Source: Massalongia carnosa (Eukaryota). Taken from it: 64,000 nt of DNA. Location of the stretch: positions 496,001-560,000 of the forward strand of contig OZ287079.1 of NCBI GenBank assembly GCA_965645245.1. The letters are read 5' to 3'. The translations under genes and the position numbers were made by a program. Shown piece by piece: positions 35,574 to 48,000 of this stretch. Under the pieces are notes generated by a model, which was given only the letters and a program-made list of their open reading frames with translations, did no database searches and was not told where the DNA came from. Position 1 is the first letter of the stretch; each line of letters opens with the position of its first letter.

Positions 35574-38415
35574 TTACTGAAGCGTCGCGGCTTCAGTCGT
35601 CAGATATCGGCAATGAGCTTTAAATTCTACGGCAAACGCACGCTGTGTTTCGGTTGTCTCTAGTGTTTGTGTATTTGAATGACGAGAAAGCGTGCCCGCT
35701 TCGGTGGAGTGTGGGGTTCGGTGCACCGAATAGTACCCGCCCATTCCCCACGTTCCCAAAGCGTCTGTCCATAGACGAATTTCCTCTCTAATGTTCAGCG
35801 ATCGTAAGATTTGAACGCCGTTCCATCGGGGCAAGAAGTATTGCCACCATAATAGATCTAGTCGCATGTCGCCGGCTATGCGGATCTGACCCGTGTCTTC
35901 GCCGAGGGCGGTAAATAGGCGGCGTAAAAAGGCTCTGCCTGGTTTGACCACTTTGGCCGCAAATGATAGAAACCCCAGAAGGGAACGTAGTTCGTCTTTG
36001 GACATATAGTCTTGCGTCAATGCGCTGTTGACTTATTCGATAGTCTTTTTTAATTTATCGAGAGGTAGGCGGGCTTCCATGCGTTGGGTGTCTAGTGTTA
36101 ACCCGAGAAAATCGCAGATTTGCCCCGTCTCTCCCTTTGATGCGTTTATACGCATGCCTAACTCGTCGCACAACGTGTCGAACGCGGGCTCGTAACGGGA
36201 TGCCTCCTCGCTCGTCTTGATAATCGCGAGGAAGTCATCTAAAAAATGTAGGACTAGCCAGTTCTGAACGACTAATATCCAGTTTATTCCCTTCGCGAAG
36301 AGATCGAATATAAATGGGGAGGTACGAAGACCAAATGGGAGGAAGATGTCCATCCAATAAGAATTGTTCCACTGAAACCCAGTAGCCACCAGTCCGCTCT
36401 TGCGACGGGTATGTGCCGAAAGGCGTCCGCGAGGTCGCGTTTTACGAGGTATGCTCCTCGTCCGACGTCAAGAAGAGCTTCTAGTGCTTCGTCAAATGAC
36501 GTGTACTCTAGGGCGCCCTATTCAGCGGGAATGTGATAATTGACCGAGCCCTTGCATGGATGAGACCCCAGTGGGGAGGACATAAAGTGAGGCGGTGGTT
36601 CCCGTACGGGTAATACACGGTGATGTTGAATCTGTTCGTCCAGATCTTTGGACAACACCTCGGGTGCATCTTTGGCAGAAGATAGGTTCGGGCTTATGAT
36701 ACGCTGTTTTGGCCCTGTGTAGCCAATCCTTGCCCCACATCGAATGATGTTAAGAATTGTCCTTCTATAGACACTGTCTAGATGTTTCTCCAATCGTCGT
36801 TTCCATCCCGCAGACTTAAGTGGGCATCGTACCTCGTCCGCATCCGCGTCGGTGTCTATCCGATATGGAAAACCCTCGGAAATGAACGAGAGAGCGCTTG
36901 AGACGGATAGTCAACTGGGCTTGCTTTGCTGTGGAGGATATCGATTAACGCGCATGCGACAATCGCGTTGCGTATGCTGGCGTCCGCATGACGCGCAAAC
37001 GTGACGAAATGTGCAGTTGCTTGGACAATCGCCGCCGTTGTTGTATCGTCTGCACGCTGCTATGCCGCGTTGATCGTCTTGACTTGACGTGCGTTGAACG
37101 AGCGAATTCGTGCTCTGTGTTCGACGAAGATTGGAGCCAGCGTTATAATCGAATTTTCGACGGAGATTTCGTTCTTCTAAACCTCTGTTCGGGGTCCGCC
37201 AACCGCGCGGGTCGTCCACGCCCTCCACGAGGCGGGCTTTATGAAAGCCGAAGTGGAATTAACGAATTGATTCGAACGTGTATAGAAGCGAACATCCTAG
37301 CAATTGATCGATGTAGACGTGCATTGCCGCTTGTAGTTCCATTTGTGTGCCCGCATGAGCGATGTGAATGACGATTTGACAGTATATGAGAAACGCGCGA
37401 AGAAGATGTGTGATGCATCCGAGGCCAGGGCGTCCTCTTCCCGATATTCCACCTCGGTCGACCCGATTCTTAGATATTTGTTTTTGGGCTGAACCGACTC
37501 GTATTCGGTCGACAGCTTCATAATATTCTCCACTTTGTTAGAATGTACAAATCAGGCTACTTCATTTCAGCCGCACTCACCTTCTACCGCACGAGTATGG
37601 CGCACGCTAATGGCTAGACGTATCGCTAGTCTAATACTAGCATACCGTATATTGTCTATAAATCTAGCTATTCCCACTATATAGAACAATAGCAAGCGTT
37701 CTATCCTCTATAGCAAGCGTTCTATCCTCTATCTACTATACTACCTTTTGATACTTGTTGTCACGAATGTTTTTGAAGTGCTCCGTGTCTACCATTGGAA
37801 ATCGAGCTATCAGAGAATGAAACATAGGAGACGCACCCTCAGCATGAAATGTCGCGAACGCGACTCGGTCTCGCTGGTAGTATTGAAGAATTTGTGGGTG
37901 GTGCGGATTCTGTGCGTGACGGCACCGCTTCGTCTCGGAGACGTTGTATCTCGCGTTCGAGCTCTGCCTCCTCTTTCTTGCTCGATTTCTCTGGCTTTTG
38001 CTTCGGCTCGTAGCCTTTCGGCTTCCGCCCTGAGGGCCGCGCGACGGTCTGGAGGCAAGATTGCCTCGGGGGAGGAGTGGCGTGACTCATTTTCTATTGT
38101 GGCCTCTCTAGAGTCTGATTGAGGTGTGACTTGGCCTCCCCGGCCGCGTGTGCCTCTGCCTCGACCCCGACTGCCGGTCGCACCACGGGGAGGAATCGTC
38201 TGGCGATTCTCTCGCCCGCTTTGACTGCGTGTGTTCATGATGTGAATAGAATATGAATAATATGTTTGCGTGTGTGTGTGTGTGTGTGTAGAAACAGCGA
38301 AACACGATTTTTGATGAGTGTTGATGAGGAAAGAGAGAAGAGATAGGGGGGATGGAGGAGGTGAAGAGTTTTTCACCTCCCTGCTAGCGATCCCGCTTAC
38401 ACGCCTGGTGCCGTC
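35574..38415 (-). mobile_element. DIRS/Ngaro-type (tyrosine-recombinase class) retrotransposon relic: terminal repeat A, gag, RT, RNase H; YR ORF missing
   Basis: gag from ATG 38238 with CRRYNNGGDCPSNCTFRHVCASCGRQH finger; RT KRDLADAFRHIP, LPFGLRTSPFIF, HFLDDFL, DFLGLTLDT; RNase H LLGFLSFAAKVV..RAFLRRL..LWTDALG; repeat 38290-38415 shared with 42234-42367. Confidence 0.88.
37536..37844. mobile_element. TG...CA-bounded non-coding insertion (LTR-like) in the DIRS gag
   Basis: Removing it joins SRHF|KVENIMK in frame; starts TGTTAG, ends CA; no TSD seen. Confidence 0.45.
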
Positions 38416-39921
38416 TCTCAATCGATGATCGCGGGCGGTTATGACTGCGCTTTGCAGCTTTGCACCTGGCATGCAGCCGAAGCCATTTAAGAAACGACTC
38501 ATCAAGGCGGGGACCTATCCAGTAGAGACTCGGAAAGAATTGATGGCGTTGATCTAGGCATGAATAAAGTCTTCTACTATCGAACAATTGAATGAAAGAA
38601 GGAGGACGTTGTTGAACAAATTGCACGATTCAGAAAAGGTATGTTGATGTGTAGAAGTTGAGGTTTAACCCTGTGGATGAGATGGAAGAGGAGGATGAGG
38701 AGGAGATGGAAGAGGAGGATGAGCAGGAGGTGAGAAGAAGGAAAGGCGAAGGGGGAGAAGTGAAGAAGGACGGTGATAGATATCGCCGCGGTGGAGTTGA
38801 TATGATGCAATCTGCAGCATTTGAGTCAATGGATTTGCACAAATCAATGGAAAATTCACATCGAGATGAGGAGTATGCTCGAGCATACCTAGCAAACAGC
38901 GCCAAATTCAATCAAAAATGGCTGGAAAGGGAGTCGGCTAGATCTCTTATCCCAACAACTTTCCCTGATGAAATCCGACCGAAGGAAAACCTCAGGTGGA
39001 AAAAGGGAGGAAGTCGTCGCCGTGCTTACACTGGCCGCGAGGCAGCTGATGAGGCCAATCAGCGACGTGCTAGACGTAAGGACTCGATTGAACAAGGGAG
39101 AAGGCGACGGTATGATAAACTGCGTGAAAGCGATGAAAACGAGAGTGTGATTAGCGATGGTAAAAACCCACGATATAAGCAAATCGACGCAGCGCGGCTA
39201 ACATATGATGTAGTAGATTTGACTGAAGATGCGGTCATCGTCTCCGACGACGATGACCTGCATTATGTAGACACTCAGCCGATTCCCGATCCTTCTACGA
39301 GTCTCACACTTCCTTCGAATGACAACGATGCATCTTCAACGTCTTCCGATTCGTTTGAAGATATTGATGAAGTGCTGGCGAAACATAGCCAAAAAGTCTC
39401 ATCTCAAACGGCCCCGTCCCTTTATAGTCTTAGTCAAAACCTCCGCCTCAGTCAGTTGCCTCCTACTTCGTCTGCCACAACGCGAAGGTCTCGGGGTGTA
39501 GCCAAACAATCAAAGGCTCTGTTGGAGTTGGAGTCTCAGCAAAGGGCTGAGCAAGCAGATAAACAGGCTAGGGCCGAGGCGAAGAAGCAGGCGGCAGCTA
39601 TGAAGATTGCTAGGACTATGAAGATTAGAAAGGAGGATGTTTCGCAACTGATTGATGAGTTTTCAGAGTTGAGGTCATCGCAATGAGTTGTATATAATAT
39701 TAATGAAATAGTAGAGTGTAATAGGTGTGACTTTTCATACAGTCAATCTGGATATAACAATCTTTTCGGCTTATCAGCTAGGAATATGAAGCTTGCGGGG
39801 GGGGCATTGCATTAGTAGATGAACTATTAATTTAGAGTGAGGGTGAGGCTTAAGCTAGTCCTAATAAGCAGTAGAACTTTCCGAGGGGTCTGTCAGATGG
39901 GGTCTGTCCCGAATCTACTCG
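38416..39921 (+). mobile_element. Deleted FAR1/Hop-type MULE relic (3' part plus TIR), related to 44497-48000
   Basis: ALQLCTWHAAEAI..RLIKAG.YP; C-terminus (38658-39686) aligns with 44667-45700 (PTTFPDEIRPKENL..KKGGSRRRAYTG, SSATTRRSRGVAK); end ctgtcccgaatctactcg resembles ctgtccctaagcacctcg. Confidence 0.85.
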
Positions 39922-40180
39922 GTGAGCACCGCTCTCGATCATATCATATTCTTATATCCCTTCTAGAAAGAACCCCGCCACACACATCTTTATCGATTTC
40001 TATTCCGCCTATTCGTCCGATCATCCGATCCGACCCGACCCGTCTGAAGAAGAGAAACGAAGGTATAGACCCTTGATCGCGTTCTAATCTAAAAAGAAAC
40101 AGCCTTTGTCATCACAAGAGTCTATCTGAAACAAAGATCCAGGCGCTGACGCGGAGGCGACAATTGCTTGATGACGTTCG

Positions 40181-40604
40181 TCAAAGATCGCAGCAAATGA
40201 AGTTGTCGAGTCCAGGACATCTCCCCGCTAATGATGATGATTTTGTTATCAATATGTTCAATCACTATGCGACTTCATCCGGGATGACGATCAAGGAAGC
40301 TCGACTTACGATGGACTACGGTCCCCTTCCAAAAATCTTTGCATCGGTTGTTCCAGGTGCAGAGGGTGGTCGCGTCCCTGCCAGGGCAATTCGCACCGAC
40401 GGTGCAGCACTTGATATTTTTCGGATCAAAGGGGCAGAAGTTCGATTGAACTATCCCGCCGTAATTATCACGGCACTGGGTTTCATCAATGCATATACCG
40501 TCTGCGGGAGCGCCTGAACCAGTGCAGCGACCGTTGATAGTTGCGAGAGTTGCTGGAACGAGGAAAAGAACGCTGAGAACCGAGAGTTGAAGAGAGAGCT
40601 TCAT
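40181..40604 (-). CDS. Small secreted cysteine-rich protein, 113 aa, 12 Cys in two 6-Cys modules
   Basis: MKLSLQLSVLSVLFLVPATLA signal; exon 40604-40310, intron GTAAGT..TAG 40309-40228, exon 40227-40181 giving ..GICIDETQC..GG..FCPFDPKNIKCC..C..LCTWNNRC..GRCPGLDNFICCDL*. Confidence 0.85.
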
Positions 40605-41450
40605 TTTGGGTATCTGGATGGTAAACAGTGTTGTGTGGTAGAAAGATAACAGGAGGGACAAAAAAGCAAGTGAAAGAATAACGAAGGGTTTAGCAGTTTT
40701 TATACCTTTTATCGCAGAACCGGCCAATGGGAAGGAAAGATAAACGAGCGTCATGTCATATTTCGCAGCTTGAACCTTTGTTTCCATGACATGTCCCGTA
40801 TTTGGGGGCCGAGGTTCCAGGACCAGTCGTTTTATTATCACACGATTTCAGTCAGTCGATAATCAGACCATTTCTATCGTCCAACGGTCTGGTTACTCCA
40901 GTCGACTCAACGAATAACAGATCAATTCGGGTGGTCGATTTCAGAAATCACGTACCATTCTCTCGTTTGATGCTTTGGATTGACAATAGCGACGGTCCAC
41001 CTAGCCTTATCGGAGGCCGGCCTTACAATAGGCTGGCCCCCTGAATCCTAATGCAGTAAGGTGGTTAAGGAGGTGTTTGCTATAGCAAACAATCTGGTCA
41101 ATAAGGTCCTCGGGAGGACCCTCGAACTTCCTTCCTTCTAGATAGCATTAATATAATCACCTTTCAAAGCCTTCAGTCTGCTACTAAACCTCCTGTAGTC
41201 AAAGTGATGTACCAGTCATCTTGAAACACTTCTCATCGCGGATTCGAGTGTTTTCTTACTCAAGTTAGCTTCCTGTAGTTAACAGATTGATTGCTTGTTG
41301 ACTTTTTTGCCTTAATATGTAATGCAACGAATATAAAGAATCTTTAAGCTTCAAAGCATACTGTTTGATTCGTTAATTTAAAACGTCAAGTCTAGTAAAT
41401 CATTGATTCTCGGGGCCTATCGCGGCTTCTCAAATCAGTAAATAAGATCA

Positions 41451-43259
41451 CAGCGGTTGTCAAAAGTTTTTACCTAATGAGGGTAGGATTTTTAAGCGAA
41501 AATCCCCCATGTGCATGAAATTTTTTTTAGATTTCCTCCCCCAATCAACCATGGCACCATCTACTCCACCACAGGCAAAAAAATCCCCTGATGCTGATAC
41601 CATCAGAAAACCCCGCTTTTTTCATGCTATTGATCATCGGCCGGAAAATGTCACCCTCAAAGATGTCTGCGAGCAGGAGAGCATCAAGCTCGATCGAGGA
41701 AAATATTGGCTGAAGCAACGCCAGCGCCTTGAAGACGTCGCCTATCGACGACGTTCTCGTAGCGGTCGACCTAAAAAAGTGAGCACTCAGTTGATAAATC
41801 AGATGCTGGATCCACATACAAATAGCGTTCGCGATCAGCCGTACACCGTACAATTGGAGCACTTTCATATAGATGCAACGCGACGTACACTGCAAAGAGC
41901 ATTCAGTGCTCGCAAACCTCGTGCCGCTCGATTTTAAAAAGCGAAGGTGAAAACGCTCAGTCAGAAAAACGAGCGACTACGAGTTCTATACGGGAAAGAG
42001 CATGAAAATCATACCTAGTGAAACGCAGCCACCTTGTGTTTATTGCTATTCTAGTGTTTGGGCAAAGTCCTGACCCTAGGGTGTGGCATGACACCGTTCG
42101 TGCGCCGTCCGCGCCGGGTACGGAGCCACAACGGGTAGGCTACGGGGTCCATGGACGCTGTAGATGCGAACCCTGGGGTCAAGACATACTCCATCTATCT
42201 AAGCGACAGACTGTGTAGGAGAGGGCGGGTGGGAGAAACAGCGAAACACGATTTTTGATGAGTGTTGATGAGGAAAGAGAGAAGAGATGGGGGAATGGAG
42301 GAGGTGAAGAGTTTTTCACCTCCCTGCTAGCGTCCGGCCCTATTCCGCTTACACGCCTGGTGCCGTCCGTCACGGTGACAACTTCACTAGCCCCCAGCAA
42401 GCTGGTGCGTTATTGAGAGTTTTTGGCAGTACGTTCATTTCACGGCTGAGGCTCATTTCGACCCGGATCAAACGTAGCAAGAGCGAGTTCTTCGAGAAGA
42501 AGGCACTAGATACGAGTCAGAAAACATGCAAAAGATGCCGGACATGAAGGGGATAAAACTGCATGTGGCCGCTTCTATTTCGTGGCATCATAAAGGGCCT
42601 CTGACGTTTTACAATGACGAGCACGACGCGCCTGACATTCAGGTTCACAAGCCCAGAAAACCACGCAAGTCGAAGTATGAAACGGAGCATGATCATCCTC
42701 AGCGAATAGCTGAATGGGAGGCGTCTCTACCTCACGATATAGAGATTAAATCAAAAGGCAATAGCATGACTCAAGCTTATTATACGGAGCGTCTACTTCC
42801 CCCCTATATGACTGAAATTCATAAATGTCGTGTTTTTCATGATCGATTTTGCATCTTTCAAGAAGATAACGATCATAGTCACGGCACACGATCTACAAAA
42901 AATATCGTACGTAGATATAAGGCAGCTAGCTGGATTGAAACGTTGAATCATCCTTCGCAATCCCCTGATCTCAATCTAACGGACGGGGTATGGAATATTC
43001 TAAAATAGCGAGTTAGACGGCGACGGTGCAGCAATGTGAGAGAGTTAAAACAGGTGATTCTAGATGAATGGGACAAAATTTCTATAGATGAAATTCGAGC
43101 CTGAGTTAAGGAGATGCCTGATCGATGTAAGAGATTAATAGCGACGGAGGGCAAAGCAATAAAATCCGATCTATGGTAAATTCTGATGATTTTGGTGAGG
43201 TGCCTTGAAAATTTTGGTGAGGGGCCCTGACCCCCATTAGGTAAAAACTTTTGACACCC
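41451..43259 (+). mobile_element. Degenerate Tc1/mariner element interrupted by a 396-bp insertion
   Basis: TIRs tgtcaaaagtttttacctaatg / cattaggtaaaaacttttgaca; ORF pieces MAPSTPP.., FWQYVHFT, QEDNDHSHG, PSQSPDLN; several stops. Confidence 0.88.
42016..42411 (-). mobile_element. Solo terminal unit (A+B) of the DIRS/Ngaro element
   Basis: 42234-42367 nearly identical to 38290-38415; removal restores Tc1 frame HENHT|IESFWQ with no TSD. Confidence 0.8.
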
Positions 43260-44496
43260 ACGTGGATTAAACTTCTTGCTTCACAGCATTCTGGCGACTT
43301 ACTGTTTCAATTGGTTTGTGATGCGACGAATAATCTGTCGAACTTTCGACAGACCAGGCAATACCTCGGCTTTTCCTGCCTCGACAGGAGAGAAGCGCTC
43401 CTAAATAATGTGCATAAATTTTTGCGCCGAGCCCGGTGACAACGCCGAATTTTAGAAAATTACTCCGCACCACCTTACCCTCTTCAACCATGAATAACAC
43501 TACCACCACCGCCCCAATTGACCAAGCAATTGCTAATTTAGAATCGCAAGAGCGACCCAATATACTTGTAACTGCTAAGAAATTTGGCCTAGTCGAAAGT
43601 ACTCTTCGGCGGCGATGGAAAGGCCAATCGGTCTCCCGACGGGAGGCTTCATCCACACATAAGCAACGCCTCACAACGGTCCAAGAAAAGGCTCTAATCT
43701 CACAAATCAATCGATTAACCGACAGAGGAATACCTCCGACCCCTACAATTGTGCGCAATTTGGCAGAAGAAATGCTCAAGTCGTCAGTAGGTAGGAACTA
43801 GGCGGGAGAATTCACTAAGCGAAATCAATATGACTTAAAAGTCTATATTTATGCAACATGGACAGTCTACGCATAAAGTCTGAGTAAGCACCTATATTCA
43901 AGCAATTCTATGATCAGGTCGGTAGTTTTGACAATATAACTGCCCCTAATTGCGTCGCATTTGTGCCTAATAGTCAACATTTCTTCTAGTTGATCGCGGG
44001 CATCGAAAAATATAACATCACAGCAGATAAGGTCTATAATTGGGACGAAAAGGGCTTTTTAATTGGCATGGCCTCTGCCGTAAAGCGAATAATGACTCTT
44101 GAAGCTCTAGAATCGGGGCGCATAACCCATGCGAGTCAAGATGGAAGTCGTGAATTCATCAGTCTACTGGCTTGCATATGCGCAAACGGTACCGCTTTAC
44201 CACCCGCGCTGATCTATAGAGGCGATTCAAAGACACTTCAGGATACATGGTTAGAAGATTGGAGTGTAGATCAGCAAGCTTTCTTCGCGGTCTCCTCCAA
44301 TGGATGGAGTTGTGACCTGCTTGGTCTGAACTGGCTTGAGCGTGTTTTTAAACGATGTATGAAGCATATGGGGCATAGAAGGCGGTTGCTGGTGGTGGAT
44401 GGTCATTCTAGCCACGTCAATATGAAATTCATCAATAAATGCGATGAACTACGAATTCTATTGATGATTCTACCATCGCATACTACGCACCTGTTG
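43260..44496 (+). mobile_element. 3'-truncated Fot1/pogo element with transposase pseudogene
   Basis: Starts ACGT; HTH AKKFGLVESTLRRRWKG, QEKALI..GIPPTP; VYNWDEKGF, LLVVDGHSSH, ILPSHTTHLL cut by the MULE TIR. Confidence 0.87.
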
Positions 44497-47400
44497 CGAG
44501 ATGCTTAGGGACAGTCCCCCCGACCGTCCCCCCCCCCCCTGTGTAAATCGTTACTAGTAAACAGCCATTTTACTACTCATCCAGGGTGCGTACAAGCTAG
44601 CAGTTACACTATGTATTAATAATGTTGCTGTTACTGACTAAGTGTATTCAACACCTACAAATCTACCTATTGCGATGACTTCAACTCCAACAACTCGTCA
44701 GCCAATTGCGATACATCATCTTTTCTAGGCTTCATGGTTTTAGCCACCTTTCTCATCGCCGTTTCCTTTCTCGCTTGAGCCCTAGCCTGTTTGACTGATT
44801 TCTCGACTCTTTGCTGAGATTCCAACTCTAACTGAGCCTTTGATTTCTTCGCCACACCCCGAGACCTTCGCGTTGTTGCAGAGGAAGTAGGGAGAATTTG
44901 ACTGGCGCGCACGTTTTGGTTAAGACTATAAAGAGATGGAGCCGGCGCTGCCTGAGGTAGGGCTTTTTGACTATGCTTGGCAAGCACATCGTCAATATCT
45001 TCGAGCGAATCCGACGAGGCTTCTGATGTAAGAATAATATCATTTTCGTCATCCGAAGGAAGCATAGGATCCATAGAACGACCGAGAATGGGCTGAGAGC
45101 TTATATACTGCACCTCGTCATCGTCGTCGGAGACGATAGACGCCTTTTCGATTCTCTCCATAACTAAGTTTTCTCCTAAACCTATTGTACCCAATATTAG
45201 CCGACCCGAGCGCAATAACTTTGCAACATCGCGAATTTTACCTTCTGTTTCACCTTCAACCTCATCGTCACCCCCAGCACGCAATCTATTATATCTAAGC
45301 CTCCTCCCTTGTTCAATAGAGTCCCTTCGCCTAGTACGTCGCTGTTCAGTTTCTCTAGCCTCAGCTGCCTCGCAACCAGTGTAGGCACGTCGACGGCTCC
45401 CTCCTTTCTTATACATGAGGTTTTCTTTGGGCCGAATTTCGTCGGGGAATGTGGTGGGGATGAGAGGTCTTACCAGCCCCTTCTTTTGCCATTTCTTATT
45501 GAACTTTTCAACGATGTGAGCATGCTCGCGAGCGTACTCCTCCCTTCGATGAGAATCTTCTATTGATTGATGCAGGTCAATAGATTGATATGCCACAGAA
45601 TGTAGCAAATCAAGGCCCCCGCGGCGAAATTTATCCTCACTCAACACGCCTTCTTCGAGCTCGACCTCATCCTTATCCGCCTCAATCTCTACCGTCCCTT
45701 CGACCTCATCGACGATCTTTTCGACCTCGGGCTCCGAGCCGCGAGCGAAATCGAAGGTCATTTGCCAAGAGACCGCATAAGGTGGGCCATCAAAAAACCA
45801 GCGGGGGTGGATGAGGGAAACGGGAATAGGGACCGAGTCGATGATGCATTTATACAACCAGCATTTGCATGGGAGACCGTACCTTAAAGACAACTCACAA
45901 TCATAAACACAGCTTCCACCAACAGGGACAGTAGAAAGGATTCGTTCAGCTAATGATTTGGCGGCATCGAGTTCTCTTGAAACGAGGCCAATGGCATGAT
46001 GCGTAATTTTCCCAATGAGTAACGTAAAAGCATTTCTATCGATCAATCGAGGATTGCGTATTCGCTGTTGATTGCACAAAATCTCCTGATCTAATTGTTT
46101 TTTCCGCACTTCATCACATATTTTCTGCACCGATTGTGTTATAGGAGTATTTCTATTGGTCCCATTTTTAACCAATGAATGTAGACCTTCTGAACGCTGT
46201 GTGCTGTGTGCGCCTAAATTAGGGAGTTTAGTAGTATATGCATGCACGAGTTGAATTTCTTGACGTTAATAGAAATTCATGAGATAATCCTGCGAAAGAG
46301 GTAGCGTTAGCAGTAGCCCTAACTCGCTTGAAATTTAATTTGATATATCACTACTAACCTTTTCTGCGGGATGAAGTTCATTCAGCAACTTTCTTCGTCT
46401 CTCATCCAACTCATCAATAGTGAGGGATTTTATATTATCCCAAATCAGAGTCTCCAGCTTTTTGCGCACTTCTTGGGGATATTTTCCTGCCTTGATCAGT
46501 CGTTTTTTTATTGCCTCGGCCGCATGCCACGTGCACAGCTGCAAAACGCATCTCTCCTCGCCCGCTTTCATCGTTGATTGGTTTAGATTTTCGGCGACCT
46601 CTCTTGCAATGGTCAATGCAGCATCGAGATCAATTGCCGGACCTTTAGCTTTTCTTTGCATAGCTACAGTCAACCCAGCTGCAAAATCCCCGAGAATCAC
46701 CCCAGGCCCGGGGCAATCATCATGAAAAATCAACTCTTTCATACATTCGAAAATAAAAGTGAAACATTCGGCCGATTCGGAAGTTATATTGCAATAAGCG
46801 ACGGGAAATGAATGGTCGGTGTTAGTGATTCCAACCAAACGGATAAAGGCAAGTTCAATTTATTAGTATTGAACGTTGCATCCGTTTCTAATAAAAACCC
46901 ACCCACGAAACGTCGAGCCAGCCTAATTTGCTCTGCATTGCAAAATAAAAAATTGTTCTATCACCCGTCTCTCACGCACATTATTCTTAACAATATATTT
47001 TTCCTTACACCGTACATGAAAGCCCCTGTCTTTCAACGAGCCCAAGGCAAAAAGAAGCTCTTCTTCAGGCGTGTGAGCTCCCTCCGAATGAGCGAGATTA
47101 TAATAATCGCTCCTCGACAGACGGAGTCCTTGGATTCCTAATATTCTCGCTGCTTGGCCATATTGGGTTGACGATGCACGGAGACTCTTCCCTTGATCTA
47201 GGGCATCTGTTCGATCAGGATCCCTACTATGATGTTCTCTGAATGCAAAGGGATCAGTGGCCATCTCATGATTGTGCTCGGAGTTAGTGACTATTAGTCT
47301 CCATGCATTGTCTTTGTTTTTTTTTTGAGACGGAGGCGATAAGGGCACTCATTGAACGAAACTTTGGTATTGGCTCGCACCGGGTCTTCCTCCTCTACTT

Positions 47401-47746
47401 TTCTAGTGTTTCTAACTCTTTTGTGGTGGCGTGTGCAGTCTAATACGATTAAATGCTTTTTCTTATCGTGAGTTTCTGTGACCAACGCGAAGCCTTGGGT
47501 GAAGGCATAGCCTTGAAGACGAGTCTTTGCTTCCTCCCAAGACGAAAATAACTCATTCTCTTGCGGAGGGAGGAGGTGAGGTGGGGGTAGAAGGGCAATG
47601 GCATGTTGCTTCCGTGCATCCAAAGAAGTGGGATCGAACTCCATCGCGATGAGGAGTAGTAAAATATATAATATGAGGTATAGCATAAGTGGAAGGGGAG
47701 ATTTAGGGAGGGCAAAGGGTTAGGACAAGGGCAAGGGCAAATTGTA

Positions 47747-47780
<34 letters not shown>

Positions 47781-48000
47781 GGGGTGAGGGTATGCTTTAT
47801 CAGACCGAGTAGGGTAATTATTAGTAGCAATAACACGTCATACGATTTAAACCGAAAAGAGTTTAATGTGCTGTTAGCAGTTGTCTTACTAGCTTGTACA
47901 CACCCTGGATAAGCAGTGAAATGGCTGTTTACTAGCAAAGATTTACACAGGGAGAGGGGGGGGGGGGACGGTCGGGGGGGGACTGTCCCTAAGCACCTCG
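44497..48000 (-). mobile_element. FAR1/Hop-type MULE element, both TIRs, no TSD
   Basis: About 110-bp TIRs cgagatgcttagggacagtccccc..tgtgtaaatc..ctagtaaacagccatt / aatggctgtttactag..gatttacaca..gactgtccctaagcacctcg. Confidence 0.92.
44667..47644 (-). pseudogene. MULE transposase (FAR1-like DBD + MULE DDE), frameshifted in homopolymer runs
   Basis: RLQGYAFTQGFALV..CPYRL..HNHEM; ETDATFNTN..LVGITNT..FPVAYC..SESAE; LGDFAAGL; LQLCTWH; STQRSEGLH; YGLPCKC; intron ~46291-46359. Confidence 0.9.

Noticed and set aside
40605..40841. 188-aa ORF-track version of the secreted protein
   Set aside because: The upstream extension precedes a clear signal-peptide Met at 40604 and the 3' end reads into an intron.
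47750..47790. (GTGAGG)n hexamer resembling a telomeric repeat
   Set aside because: Not TTAGGG; lies in the MULE subterminal region, and a similar motif occurs in the related relic at ~39836.
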